A DNA stretch of 45,438 bases, taken from assembly GCA_024402815.1 (NCBI GenBank), contig JAKSTB010000001.1, positions 1 through 45,438 of the forward strand, in the 5' to 3' direction. Below are positions 25,914 through 35,978 of this stretch, piece after piece. Position 1 is the first letter of the stretch. Each line of letters opens with the position of its first letter. The notes beneath the pieces were generated by a model. The model was not told the origin of the DNA and made no database searches. It worked only from the letters and a program-made list of their open reading frames with translations. Made by a program: the position numbers and the translations under genes. This DNA is from Alphaproteobacteria bacterium. GTDB lineage: Bacteria > Pseudomonadota > Alphaproteobacteria > Rs-D84.

Positions 25914-27758
25914 ATGAAAATACGAAACATTGCAATCATAGCACACGTTGACCACGGAAAAACTACCTTGGTCGATAATATGTTAAAACAAGCGGGAACT
26001 TTCCGCGAAAACGAACACGTTGAAGACAGAGTTATGGACAGCGGGGATATTGAACGCGAACGCGGAATTACAATATCTGCAAAACCAACATCTATTCAAT
26101 GGGGCGAATACAAAATCAACATCGTAGACACACCGGGACACGCTGATTTTGGTGGCGAAGTAGAACGTATTTTATCCATGGTCGATGGTGTGGTTTTGTT
26201 GGTGGACAGTGCCGAAGGCCCCCTGCCCCAAACAAAATTTGTGTTGTCCAAGGCATTAAAATTGAACCTGCGTCCTATCGTTTGCATAAATAAAATCGAC
26301 AGAGGCGACGCACGTCCTGACGAAGTTTTAACAGAAACATTTGATTTGTTTGATAAATTGGGCGCAACTGATTCTCAATTGGATTTTCCATATTTGTATG
26401 CTTGTGGTCGTGATGGTTGGGCAATTCGTGATTTGAAAGATATAGATAATCCAAACAAAGATTTAACACCTTTGTTCCAATTGATTGTTGATCATGTCCC
26501 TGCCCCTGATTGCAGTGGTAATCGTTGCCAAATAGATGCACCATTTACAATGTTGGCCACTACATTGGAAGCAGACCCATACGTAGGACGTATTTTAACT
26601 GGTAAAAGTGAATCTGGTACTGTTCGTGTTGGCCAAAGTGTCAAAGCTATCAATATGACTGGCGAATTCATAGAAAATGCAAAAATCACAAAAATCATTG
26701 AACACCAAGGCGTGAACAAAGTTTCCCGTGATTCTGCATCCGCAGGTGATATCGTGGTTATCGCTGGATTTTCCAAGGCAACTGTGGCAGATACATTATG
26801 TGATCCATCGGTTACTGAACCAATTCCTGCTATGCCAATCGACCCACCAACCTTGACCATGACATTCTTTGTGAATACATCACCATTGGCTGGTAAAAGC
26901 GGTAAAAAATTAACATCTCGTATGATTGGCGAAAGATTATTCAGAGAGGCCGAAACCAACATTGCATTAAAGGTTACACAAAGTTCAAATAACGAAGCAT
27001 TCGAAGTATCTGGTCGTGGCGAATTGCAATTGGGCATTTTGATTGAAACTATGCGCCGTGAAGGTTTCGAATTGTCTGTATCACGTCCACGCGTTGTTAT
27101 GAAAACAGATGAAAACGGCGAAAAGTTAGAACCTATCGAAGAAGTTGTTATCGACGTAGACGACGAATTCAGCGGCGTTGTTATTGAAAAAATGACAAAA
27201 CGCAAAGCAACAATTACTGAAATGAAACCATCCGGTATTGGTAAAACACGTATTGTGTTTTCTGCACCTTCCCGTGGTTTGATTGGGTATTTGTCTGAAT
27301 TCAGAACCGACACACGTGGCACAGGTATTATGAACCGCGTATTTGATTCATATGGTCCATATCGTGGTCCAATTGTTCAATATCGCCCTGGCGTTTTGGT
27401 ATCTATGGAAGCAGGCAGCACAACAACATATGCCCTGCACAATCTTGAACCACGTGGTGTATTATTCGTTGGTCCCCAGGTGGAAGTTTATTCTGGTATG
27501 ATTGTTGGTGAACACAGCAAAGAAAACGATATAGAAGTTAACCCAGTTCGTGGAAAACAGTTAACAAATGTTCGTTCTGTGACTGCCGATGAAAAATTAT
27601 TCTTGGCACCTCCACGCAAAATGTCTTTGGAAGAAGCGCTGTCTTATATTCAAGACGATGAATTGGTAGAGGTTACACCTGCGACAATTCGTTTGCGTAA
27701 AAAAGAATTGGACAGTGGTAAACGCAAGAAAGCATATCGCTTTGCAGAAACCGATTAA
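25914..27758 (+). CDS. typA: translational GTPase TypA/BipA
   Basis: Starts MKIRNIAIIAHVDHGKTTLVDNML, with DTPGHADFGGEV and NKIDR G-motifs and EF-G-like domains. I chose the ATG at 25914 over the TTG at 25881. Confidence 0.95.
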   Translation: MKIRNIAIIAHVDHGKTTLVDNMLKQAGTFRENEHVEDRVMDSGDIERERGITISAKPTSIQWGEYKINIVDTPGHADFGGEVERILSMVDGVVLLVDSAEGPLPQTKFVLSKALKLNLRPIVCINKIDRGDARPDEVLTETFDLFDKLGATDSQLDFPYLYACGRDGWAIRDLKDIDNPNKDLTPLFQLIVDHVPAPDCSGNRCQIDAPFTMLATTLEADPYVGRILTGKSESGTVRVGQSVKAINMTGEFIENAKITKIIEHQGVNKVSRDSASAGDIVVIAGFSKATVADTLCDPSVTEPIPAMPIDPPTLTMTFFVNTSPLAGKSGKKLTSRMIGERLFREAETNIALKVTQSSNNEAFEVSGRGELQLGILIETMRREGFELSVSRPRVVMKTDENGEKLEPIEEVVIDVDDEFSGVVIEKMTKRKATITEMKPSGIGKTRIVFSAPSRGLIGYLSEFRTDTRGTGIMNRVFDSYGPYRGPIVQYRPGVLVSMEAGSTTTYALHNLEPRGVLFVGPQVEVYSGMIVGEHSKENDIEVNPVRGKQLTNVRSVTADEKLFLAPPRKMSLEEALSYIQDDELVEVTPATIRLRKKELDSGKRKKAYRFAETD

Positions 27759-27763
27759 AATAA

Positions 27764-27789
27764 CAAACCGCCATTTTGGCGGTTTTGTT
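27764..27789 (+). terminator. Rho-independent terminator downstream of typA
   Basis: The sequence caaACCGCCA-ttt-TGGCGGTtttgtt forms a 7-bp stem followed by a T-rich tail, 6 nt after the typA stop. Confidence 0.65.
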
Positions 27790-27790
27790 A

Positions 27791-27819
27791 TTGCAAAAAA
27801 TACATAACCCCGCTATAAT
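27791..27819 (+). promoter_or_regulatory. sigma70-like promoter candidate for the + strand glycosyltransferase operon
   Basis: TTGCAA (27791-27796), a 17-nt spacer, then TATAAT (27814-27819), 18 nt upstream of the ATG at 27838. AT-rich DNA makes chance matches likely. Confidence 0.45.
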
Positions 27820-27837
27820 TCGGGAAAGGATTATTTT

Positions 27838-28776
27838 ATGGCATTACCAAAAATATCAAAATGGCGTAAATTTTATTCAACTACCCTAACCTTTTGGATT
27901 CCATTAAAGATTTATCGTCGATCATTTCGTATGATATTGCAGTTGGGGGTTCGTAAATATTTTAATATTTTAAAATCAGATCAAACCGCAACCTTTGAAA
28001 ACGAATTGGCCATCGGTGCAATCATGAAAGACGAAGGCCCATACTTAAAAGAATGGCTCGATTTTCATATATTAATCGGTGTTAATAAATTTTATTTATA
28101 CGACAATGATTCAACAGATAATACAACCGAAATATTAAAACCTTATATAGAACGCGGCATTGTTGAATATCATTTTATTCCTGGAAAAAACATGCAGCTC
28201 TCCGCATACACAGAAATTATTCAACAACATTCTAATGATTGTCGATGGCTTTCATTTATTGATTTAGATGAATTTCTTGTTCCTATGCAACATAAAAATA
28301 TTATTGAATATTTGCATACACTACCACAAAATTTTGCTACATTAATCACCAGTTGGGTTTTATACGGTTCATCTAATCATGAACAAAAACCAGATGGATT
28401 AGTTATTGAAAATTATAAATATCGTAAAAAACAACCGCCTGGTGTTAAATCTATTGTAAATCCTCGTTTAATTGTGTCCCCACGCATTCATGTTAGTCAT
28501 GTTGCTGGTTTTATAATAGATGGTAATGGGAAAAAACTTGGAAGAATAAACCAAACCGACAACCCTCCTGCTATAGATAAAATTCGTGTAAATCATTATA
28601 TCACCAAATCAAGGGAAGAATTTGAAAAACGTATTAAACGTGGCGGCGGTTCTCATGGGCCGGATTCTGATTATATCAAGAAAAAACAACAAAGATTCAT
28701 TTGGTATAATACGGATACCATCTATGATGACGTCATGGACAGATTTATAGAAAAACTGAAAAATGAAAAAGTATAA
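27838..28776 (+). CDS. glycosyltransferase, GT92 / Glyco_tranf_2_4-like
   Basis: Contains AIGAIMKDEGPYLKEWLDFHILIGVNKFYLYDNDSTDNTTEILKPYIERGIV and WLSFIDLDEFLVP (DxD). AAAGGA RBS. Confidence 0.75.
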   Translation: MALPKISKWRKFYSTTLTFWIPLKIYRRSFRMILQLGVRKYFNILKSDQTATFENELAIGAIMKDEGPYLKEWLDFHILIGVNKFYLYDNDSTDNTTEILKPYIERGIVEYHFIPGKNMQLSAYTEIIQQHSNDCRWLSFIDLDEFLVPMQHKNIIEYLHTLPQNFATLITSWVLYGSSNHEQKPDGLVIENYKYRKKQPPGVKSIVNPRLIVSPRIHVSHVAGFIIDGNGKKLGRINQTDNPPAIDKIRVNHYITKSREEFEKRIKRGGGSHGPDSDYIKKKQQRFIWYNTDTIYDDVMDRFIEKLKNEKV

Positions 28777-29608
28777 CCGTTTATTTTTATTTGCAGGATA
28801 CAATAAAGACAACATCATCGACGATGCTTTGGTTTACTATGTTTCTGCATTATCAAAATTTGGCGATGTTATTGTTTGTATGGATTCAGATTGCACAAAA
28901 CACGAAACAGATAAATTAAAAACTTATACAATTCATACAATTGCAAAACGTCATGGTGAATATGATTTTGGTTCATATAAACGTTGCTATCAATATGCAC
29001 GCGATAAAAAATTATTGAATAAATATGATTATGTTTATCTGGTTAATGATTCTGTGTTTGGGCCTATGTTTGATATGACAAATACCATAAAAAATATAGA
29101 AGCAAAATCCACAGATGCAGTTGGTATGATTATATCAAAACACAAAACGCATAAATTTATGGAATCATGGTTTGTAAAATTAAATAAGAAAATATTTACA
29201 TCCTCTTGGTTTGATGAATTTATATCAAATGTTAAATCCGAAGAATACAAATATATAATAACTGTAAAATACGAACACGGTTTAACAAATTTGATACAAA
29301 ATTACAATTGTTCATGGGGCGGTTTATATACATATCGTGGTCGTTATACATATAATAATCCACTGGGATTATTTAAACATGGTTGCCCTTTCATTAAAAA
29401 GGCATCATTCATCCGCCATAATGGAGATTGCGGAAAACAAATAAAATATATTTTACAACACGCAGATTTTGGTGCGGCATTATCTACGATTGTTTCTGCA
29501 AATCGTGTATACGGCGAAAATTATATGAATTGGTTGTTAACTGGTAATCCAATAGAAATTTTTATGCGCAAAATAAAATATATAATTCAAAAAACAAAAA
29601 ATGGATAG
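28763..29608 (+). CDS. rhamnan-synthesis-F (RgpF)-like polysaccharide biosynthesis protein
   Basis: Contains GEYDFGSYKRCY, YVYLVNDSVFGP, ESWFVKLNKKIF and YEHGLTNLI, which resemble RgpF-family conserved blocks. It overlaps the upstream gene by 14 nt. Confidence 0.6.
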   Translation: MKKYNRLFLFAGYNKDNIIDDALVYYVSALSKFGDVIVCMDSDCTKHETDKLKTYTIHTIAKRHGEYDFGSYKRCYQYARDKKLLNKYDYVYLVNDSVFGPMFDMTNTIKNIEAKSTDAVGMIISKHKTHKFMESWFVKLNKKIFTSSWFDEFISNVKSEEYKYIITVKYEHGLTNLIQNYNCSWGGLYTYRGRYTYNNPLGLFKHGCPFIKKASFIRHNGDCGKQIKYILQHADFGAALSTIVSANRVYGENYMNWLLTGNPIEIFMRKIKYIIQKTKNG

Positions 29609-29610
29609 AA

Positions 29611-30453
29611 ATGAAAAATAAAAAAATTAAATGCATAGCAGCAATAACAATGGCACGTGATGATGAATTTTTCCTGTCACGTTGGATTGCATATTATGGT
29701 AAAAATCTGGGTACAGAAAATTTATATATTTTATTAGACGGCACAGACCAACAAATACCAGAAAATGCCGGTAATGCACATATCACAAAATTGGAACATA
29801 TCCCAATGTCGCGTGCGGCGGGTGATAAATACAGAATAAATAAATTATCCGCATTGGCGCATGAATTATTAAAAGAATACGATATAGTGATTGGTTGCGA
29901 CAGCGATGAATTTTTAATTGTCGATCCAAAAACAAACAAAAATTTATTTGAATATTTATCTGGCAAAAGAATTCATACAACTTTATCGGGATTGGGTTTG
30001 GATGTCGGTCAACATTTATACAACGAAGCTATCTTGGACCAAGAAGCACCATTTTTGGAACAACGCGAATATGCCCTGTTGTCCACACGTTATACTAAAC
30101 CTGTTGTTATAAACAAACCTGTTAATTGGGGCAGCGGTTTCCACAGTATAAAACATCATAATTTCCACATAGATAAAAATTTATATCTGCTTCATTTTGG
30201 TGCAATCGATATGGATATGTTGGAACAAAAGGCAAAAAAACGTGGTACAGATTGGCTGAACCATTTACGTCGTCGTGGCAATGGAACAATAAATGCTGTT
30301 ACAAAATCGAAAGCACATGGCGAAGCATGGTTACGTATCGCACGATTTTTGCAAACATATTGTCGCCCGATTTATGCGTTGCGTAAACCTGCTATGTTTG
30401 GATTGAAAATTGTTGTAAAAATTCCACAACGTTTTAAGAAATCAGGGATATAA
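29611..30453 (+). CDS. glycosyltransferase, Glyco_tranf_2_4-like
   Basis: Contains AAITMARDDEFFLSRWIAYYGKNLGTENLYILLDGTDQ and VIGCDSDEFLIVDP (DxD-like). It starts 2 nt after the upstream stop. Confidence 0.6.
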   Translation: MKNKKIKCIAAITMARDDEFFLSRWIAYYGKNLGTENLYILLDGTDQQIPENAGNAHITKLEHIPMSRAAGDKYRINKLSALAHELLKEYDIVIGCDSDEFLIVDPKTNKNLFEYLSGKRIHTTLSGLGLDVGQHLYNEAILDQEAPFLEQREYALLSTRYTKPVVINKPVNWGSGFHSIKHHNFHIDKNLYLLHFGAIDMDMLEQKAKKRGTDWLNHLRRRGNGTINAVTKSKAHGEAWLRIARFLQTYCRPIYALRKPAMFGLKIVVKIPQRFKKSGI

Positions 30454-31570
30454 TTTGTTCAACAATTTTATCAGCATCAAAACGATTTAACGATTTTGTT
30501 GCCTTTGTAATCATTTGTTTGATGTCGATTTTTTTATTATAAATATCATCCATACATTTTGCTAATTGTTCAATATTTCCTGGTTCAAATAATAATCCGG
30601 CATCACCGTTTAATAAAATTTCACGTGGACCACATTTACAATCTGATGAAATATTTATTGTTCCAACAATCATAGATTCTATTAATACCAACCCCATACC
30701 TTCACCGTAGCTGGATAAAATATGCGCTATCGCGCCTTTCATTATCCCAAAAGGATTTGATTGCGCCCCAGCAAAAACAAATTGTTTTTTTGCCGGCAAA
30801 TTATTCGCAACCGATTTATAATAATCTGCCCTGTTCCCGTCCCCCACAAAAACCATTTTAATATCAGGTTTATTATTTTTTTGCCAAAACAAATCAAATG
30901 CCCGTATTATTGTTTCAATGTCTTTATCAGGCGTTAAACGCGCCACAGCGCAAAAATAATCGCCATCTATGTTATTACATTTTTCTTTTGATTTTTCTTT
31001 GATTTGTTCAATATCAATCGGATTATAAATACGTAATATTTTATTTTGATAATCGGGATATTTTTTTATAAATTCATTTTTAAAATCATCAGTTAATACA
31101 ACAAAATTATCATAATATTTTAGATATTTAATAAATCCACGTGATTCAAAAACATTCCACGAAGAATGAAACCATGCTATTTTTTTGGCATTATTGATAC
31201 GTTTTAATTCATTATGAAAACCGAAATCATGATAATCTATGAACACATCAATATCTTTCAATTTTTTTGCGACAAACATACGTTTTGTATTACGATAAAT
31301 ATCGCGCATTAAATGAACACTTAACCGCCAAAGAAAAAAGTGAGGCAATTTTGTCCCCAACCAAGAACATGGATACAACACTTCACATTTGATATTTGGG
31401 CGTTGTTTAAAATATTCAACATACACTGGTTCCACTATTTTTACATAGGTTATAACCGATATATCTATGTCCTTGTTTTTCTGCAATTCGTCCAATGTTC
31501 GAATCAACACAGATTCAACACCACCCAATTGCATATCGCGCAAACAAAAAGCCACCTTGATTTTTTTCAT
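30434..31570 (-). CDS. glycosyltransferase family 4 (GT-B fold)
   Basis: N-terminus KVAFCLRDMQLGGVESVLIRT and C-terminal EX7E-type region ILSSYGEGMGLVLIESMIVG. Confidence 0.85.
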   Translation of the reverse strand: MKKIKVAFCLRDMQLGGVESVLIRTLDELQKNKDIDISVITYVKIVEPVYVEYFKQRPNIKCEVLYPCSWLGTKLPHFFLWRLSVHLMRDIYRNTKRMFVAKKLKDIDVFIDYHDFGFHNELKRINNAKKIAWFHSSWNVFESRGFIKYLKYYDNFVVLTDDFKNEFIKKYPDYQNKILRIYNPIDIEQIKEKSKEKCNNIDGDYFCAVARLTPDKDIETIIRAFDLFWQKNNKPDIKMVFVGDGNRADYYKSVANNLPAKKQFVFAGAQSNPFGIMKGAIAHILSSYGEGMGLVLIESMIVGTINISSDCKCGPREILLNGDAGLLFEPGNIEQLAKCMDDIYNKKIDIKQMITKATKSLNRFDADKIVEQIISLIS

Positions 31571-31573
31571 AAA

Positions 31574-32590
31574 TTATTTACCAATAAATTTATAAATTTT
31601 TTCACGTAATTCATACCATTCATTTGGAACATTATTAAACACGCCCATCTCATTCATTTCGATAAATTCATTACGTGCAGTTGTAAATTCTTCATCGCTT
31701 TTCAGGTATTTCAATTTACGAAATGCCCAATTTACAAAATACCACATAAATTGCGATTGCCATTTTTTCATTTGATCTGCATCTGCCTGTTCACAATACA
31801 ATTTATATGCACTTTTTATACCTGTGCATAAACTTTGCATGATACGCAATTGCTTTGCAGATAAAACTATGCCACCAAAATTTGGTATATAATAATACAG
31901 TGGTAATGGCGCAACCGTAACGCGTGGGCGTTTTAACATAATTGCAGACCACCATGGAAAATCTTCAAATAAGATTCCCTTGATAAATGGAGTATCTTGG
32001 ATTAAAGATTTTTTATACAAATTTTTCCACACCTGACAATGTTTAATTAAAAATTTACGATTTGGATTTGTACTGTTGTGGGTCCGTTCGGTTGCCAATT
32101 CAAATACATCATCAACAGTTCTGGTTTTTATTTTATCTATATCGTATCTTTTTTTAATACCACGCGGAACAACATTGTCTGTATCCATATGCAAGAAATG
32201 ACGCACCATTAAACGCGGACGATAAATTCTGTCATATGTGAAAGATGCAATATCTGATTTATTCTTTTCAGCCAATGTGTACGCGATTTCCATAGTTTGT
32301 GGATGAATAAAATCATCACTGTCCAAATACATGATATATTTTCCCTTGGCACATGGGAAACCTGCATTACGCGCATCAGACAATCCGCCGTTTACTTTAT
32401 GAACGACAACAAAACGTTTATCACGTGTGGCATATTCTTCTGCGATAGCACCAGAATTATCTGGACTGCCATCATCAACACAAATTGCCTGCCAATCTTG
32501 GAAAGTTTGGTTTAATACAGAATCTAAACACCGACGTAAATATTTTTCAACATTATACATCGGAATAATTATAGATATTTTTGGTGCCAT
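31574..32590 (-). CDS. glycosyltransferase family 2 (GT-A fold)
   Basis: Contains ISIIIPMYNVEKYLRRCLDSVLNQTFQDWQAICVDDGSPDNSGAI, GGLSDARNAG and YLDSDD. AAGGAA RBS. Confidence 0.9.
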   Translation of the reverse strand: MAPKISIIIPMYNVEKYLRRCLDSVLNQTFQDWQAICVDDGSPDNSGAIAEEYATRDKRFVVVHKVNGGLSDARNAGFPCAKGKYIMYLDSDDFIHPQTMEIAYTLAEKNKSDIASFTYDRIYRPRLMVRHFLHMDTDNVVPRGIKKRYDIDKIKTRTVDDVFELATERTHNSTNPNRKFLIKHCQVWKNLYKKSLIQDTPFIKGILFEDFPWWSAIMLKRPRVTVAPLPLYYYIPNFGGIVLSAKQLRIMQSLCTGIKSAYKLYCEQADADQMKKWQSQFMWYFVNWAFRKLKYLKSDEEFTTARNEFIEMNEMGVFNNVPNEWYELREKIYKFIGK

Positions 32591-32600
32591 TTTGTTTCCT

Positions 32601-33506
32601 TTACATTTTGTTTATCATTTCATCTGCAAAAGTTCCAGGAACTATATTTTTTGCCCATGGGCTGTTGTATGTAGTTTTCTGGAAAAATGCCCCAGAGGTT
32701 ATTTCATCAAAAATCTTTTTATCAAAAGGTTTGTCACCATAAGTCCACCAAATAGCATGGGTTGGATCTTGATCTACATGTGGCATCTGTGCAAAATATT
32801 TTTTCGCCCTTTCATCATTTTCAACCAAAGTCTTGAATAACAATTGGTGCATAAAATAATCAAAGTTATGATTTTCATGAATCCAATAATCTAATATCAT
32901 CGCGCGCCATGCATCCAGCAAATAAGCACCCTTGCGTGCACGAATAAAACAGTTTTGCATATAACTGTATGGTGAACCAACTTTTTGTCCAGCCATATAA
33001 ACAAAGAAATCTTCGTTTACAATCCAATCTGGAATCGCGGATGTCGCAAAGCCAGTAGAATCCAACCAAAAACCACCATGTTCATACAATAATTCCACAC
33101 GACAAATATCTGCAAAATGCGCATGTTTGATTTTGCCTTGTTTGCGTTTTTCAACAATTTCTGGTGGCAAAGTTATGTAATCAAAAATCGTCTTTTCATC
33201 CAACACAATTAATTCTTGTTTGCAGTTTTTACGAATACTGCGGAAACATGCTTTAACAAGGGGTGGCGCTTTATCTTCGCCCTGCAACCAAAGTGTATAT
33301 ATCTTTTCGTTTGCATCATCTTTGATAACTTCGCGTTCTGGAATTGCCGCCGCCGCAGGCAAATATCTTTTAAAATAACGAGGAATAGCAGATGTTAAAA
33401 CCTTGCATCTTTTTGCACGTCTATGTTCACGCGACCACCAAAATGGTACCAAAATATGGCCACGAATTATAATATCTGTCAAAGCCAATATGCGTCTTAA
33501 TCCCAT
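32601..33506 (-). CDS. capsular-polysaccharide-synthesis (Caps_synth)-like glycosyltransferase
   Basis: Contains IYTLWLQGEDKAPPLVKACFRSIRKNCKQELIVLDEKT and HFADICRVELLYEHGGFWLDSTGF, typical of the Caps_synth / Gly_transf_sug type. AAGGAG RBS. Confidence 0.7.
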   Translation of the reverse strand: MGLRRILALTDIIIRGHILVPFWWSREHRRAKRCKVLTSAIPRYFKRYLPAAAAIPEREVIKDDANEKIYTLWLQGEDKAPPLVKACFRSIRKNCKQELIVLDEKTIFDYITLPPEIVEKRKQGKIKHAHFADICRVELLYEHGGFWLDSTGFATSAIPDWIVNEDFFVYMAGQKVGSPYSYMQNCFIRARKGAYLLDAWRAMILDYWIHENHNFDYFMHQLLFKTLVENDERAKKYFAQMPHVDQDPTHAIWWTYGDKPFDKKIFDEITSGAFFQKTTYNSPWAKNIVPGTFADEMINKM

Positions 33507-33537
33507 TTTATTCTCCTTTGGTTATTCAGTAAATTCA

Positions 33538-33557
33538 GGCGACACAAATGTGTCGCC
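33538..33557 (-). terminator. hairpin downstream of recA (probable terminator; weak U-tract on the recA strand)
   Basis: GGCGACAC-aaat-GTGTCGCC is a perfect 8-bp GC-rich stem, 9 nt past the recA stop. The T-run is better on the + strand (caaaattttt) than on the - strand. Confidence 0.5.
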
Positions 33558-33565
33558 CAAAATTT

Positions 33566-34642
33566 TTATTCTTCGGTTTCAATAACTTCGTCTTCTTCAT
33601 CCACAGGACCTGTTGTCATCTCTTCCGCAATACCTTTCGCACGCGACATAATCTTGTCCAATAATTCTTGTTGGACTTCTGGATGATCTTTTAACCATTG
33701 ACGAACATTTGCTTCGCCTTGGCCCATACGTTCATTATTGTATGAATAGAACGAACCTGCCTTTTCAATCAAATTGTATTTTACGCCCATATCCAAAATT
33801 TCACTGATTCTGGAAATACCTTCGCCATACATAATTTTGAAATCAACTGTACGGAAAGGTGGTGCAACTTTGTTTTTAACAATTTTAACACGGGTTTCAT
33901 TTCCAATGACTTCTTCTTTGTCTTTGATAGCACCAGTTCTGCGAATATCAAGACGAACAGATGCATAGAATTTCAATGCATTACCGCCCGATGTTGTTTC
34001 AGGACTGCCGAACATAACACCGATTTTCATACGGATTTGATTGATAAAAATCAACAATGTATTACTGCGTGAAACAGAACCCGCCAATTTTTTCAAAGAT
34101 TGCGACATCAAACGCGCGGTTGTTCCCATATACGTATCACCAATGTTGCCTTCCAATTCTGCCTTTGGAACCAAAGCCGCCACAGAATCAACAACCACAA
34201 CATCCACAGCACCAGATTTAATCAAAGTGTCTGCAATTTCCAATGCCTGTTCACCTGAATCTGGTTGTGAAATAATTAAATTCGCAACATCGCAACCCAA
34301 TTTTTTTGCATAACTTGGATCCAATGCATTTTCAGCATCAATATATGCACATGTGCCACCTTTCTTTTGAGCTTCGGCGACCGCATGCAAAGCCAATGTT
34401 GTTTTGCCAGAACTTTCAGGTCCATAAATTTCAACAATACGACCACGTGGATATCCGCCAATTCCCAAAGCAATATCCAATCCCAAAGACCCAGATGAAA
34501 TGGCCTCTATATTCTGTTGGGAACCATCACCCATTTTCATAATTGCTTCTTTGCCGAATTGTTTTTGAATTTGCGCCAATGCAGATTCCAATGCAGGATT
34601 TCTTGCCACTGTCGTTTCTTTTGCTACTTCCTTTTTTGCCAT
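33566..34642 (-). CDS. recA: recombinase RecA
   Basis: Contains [68 protein letters not shown] and an acidic C-terminus. Confidence 0.97.
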   Translation of the reverse strand: MAKKEVAKETTVARNPALESALAQIQKQFGKEAIMKMGDGSQQNIEAISSGSLGLDIALGIGGYPRGRIVEIYGPESSGKTTLALHAVAEAQKKGGTCAYIDAENALDPSYAKKLGCDVANLIISQPDSGEQALEIADTLIKSGAVDVVVVDSVAALVPKAELEGNIGDTYMGTTARLMSQSLKKLAGSVSRSNTLLIFINQIRMKIGVMFGSPETTSGGNALKFYASVRLDIRRTGAIKDKEEVIGNETRVKIVKNKVAPPFRTVDFKIMYGEGISRISEILDMGVKYNLIEKAGSFYSYNNERMGQGEANVRQWLKDHPEVQQELLDKIMSRAKGIAEEMTTGPVDEEDEVIETEE

Positions 34643-34667
34643 AAAAACCCCTTTCGTTTATACCAAA

Positions 34668-34696
34668 ATCATACTAAGAAAAAAGATATAACGCAA
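34668..34696 (-). promoter_or_regulatory. sigma70-like promoter candidate upstream of recA
   Basis: On the minus strand: TTGCGT (34696-34691), a 17-nt spacer, then TATGAT (34673-34668), followed by the AAAGGGG RBS and the ATG at 34642. Confidence 0.4.
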
Positions 34697-34708
34697 GATG
34701 TATTTATC

Positions 34709-35920
34709 TTACTTTTTTGACAACAAAACCATGGTTGACAACACCCCGATAACCGCAGTAATCAGCCATACTGCAGATGTTGTTCCAAACACAGTTATAC
34801 AAACCGTCCCCAACATAGGCGCAATAATATTTGGGAAATTAACACTGGTTCTGAAAATGCCGTAAAACCTGGATTGTTCAGATTTTTTTACACCGTTAAA
34901 GAACAACAAATCATGTGCAGATTCCATAAACGCACCAGATATTTGCCATAACACAAAAATACCCAACAATGCTTTGCCCGTTATGAAAGTTGCAAATAAT
35001 GAAAACGCCGCAAACGATAGAAATCCTATACTTAACCACAATCTAACACCATATTTTTTTATCAATTTCCCAATAAAAGATTCTATCAATATATATGGCA
35101 ATATACCGATAGACAAAATTATACCCAATGTTTCATTTGAAAACCCATTTTCTATAACAATAATTGGGACATATAAATACCGCATAGAACGCAAAGCATA
35201 AAAACCAAAATTAACAATATATGCACGCAACATGCCGGCCTTTCTAAAGAAAGCCAACGCATTTATTTTTAATGCACGTATTGTCTTTTTCATGTTTACA
35301 CGTTTTATAACTTTTTCTTGTTGCACAATTCCAAAATGTTTAAAGAACAATAAACCTGAAAAATAAATCATACCCGCAGCCAAGAAAGGTGTTCTGTAAT
35401 TACCATCAAAATGATTTACTATGGTCATTGCAAAAATTGGTGCAACCAAAGAACCAACATTTGTCCACAGCATATATCGGGCATTTAATTTTTCCATACC
35501 CACACCTTTGGAAAAATCAGATATAAATAAAGGCAACAACATACTTATCAATGTTAACGCAGTCAAAGAAACATAATCTAAAATTATGAAAGTGCTGGGT
35601 TTCACAGAAAAACTCATCATGGAATAACACAACCCCAATGTCAGCATTGATGTATATAATAATCTGCTTTTGGTAATCCAATGCAAAATTTCCGTTGAAA
35701 ACAATCCTATGAAGCAAGCAAACAAAGCGTACACAGCGGCATATATACCAACCGCCGCAGATGCAATATTTTCAGAAAAAAATTTTTGAAAAATTCCAAG
35801 TATCGTCAATGAATATACAGCATTAACAATTCCACTGCCAAAGCCAGTAAACAACCCCAGATTTGCAAAAGAAAATCCGGTTACATTTTTTTTGATGAAA
35901 AGATATTTTTCTCTGCTCAT
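34709..35920 (-). CDS. MFS-type transporter
   Basis: About 12 predicted hydrophobic helices with a basic central loop (KRVNMKKTIRALKINALAFFRKAG). I chose the ATG at 35920 (MSREKY...), which has AGGGAA upstream. Confidence 0.75.
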   Translation of the reverse strand: MSREKYLFIKKNVTGFSFANLGLFTGFGSGIVNAVYSLTILGIFQKFFSENIASAAVGIYAAVYALFACFIGLFSTEILHWITKSRLLYTSMLTLGLCYSMMSFSVKPSTFIILDYVSLTALTLISMLLPLFISDFSKGVGMEKLNARYMLWTNVGSLVAPIFAMTIVNHFDGNYRTPFLAAGMIYFSGLLFFKHFGIVQQEKVIKRVNMKKTIRALKINALAFFRKAGMLRAYIVNFGFYALRSMRYLYVPIIVIENGFSNETLGIILSIGILPYILIESFIGKLIKKYGVRLWLSIGFLSFAAFSLFATFITGKALLGIFVLWQISGAFMESAHDLLFFNGVKKSEQSRFYGIFRTSVNFPNIIAPMLGTVCITVFGTTSAVWLITAVIGVLSTMVLLSKK

Positions 35921-35978
35921 TGTTCCCTGGGGTATAATATAACACAAAAAAACATTTAAAATAAACTAAAATTTATAA

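Noticed and set aside
26492-27322. 276-codon ORF antisense to typA, unusually long for a low-GC genome
   Set aside because: It lies entirely inside the strongly supported typA CDS on the opposite strand. Its product is low-complexity (S/T/I/P/N-rich) with no motif, RBS or signal. It looks like a typical shadow ORF in a locally GC-richer, codon-biased gene.
34643-34708. Search for an SOS/LexA operator upstream of recA
   Set aside because: I found neither GTTC-N7-GTTC/GAAC-N7-GAAC (alphaproteobacterial type) nor CTGT-N8-ACAG (E. coli type) in the 66-nt leader. Only a sigma70-like promoter is visible.
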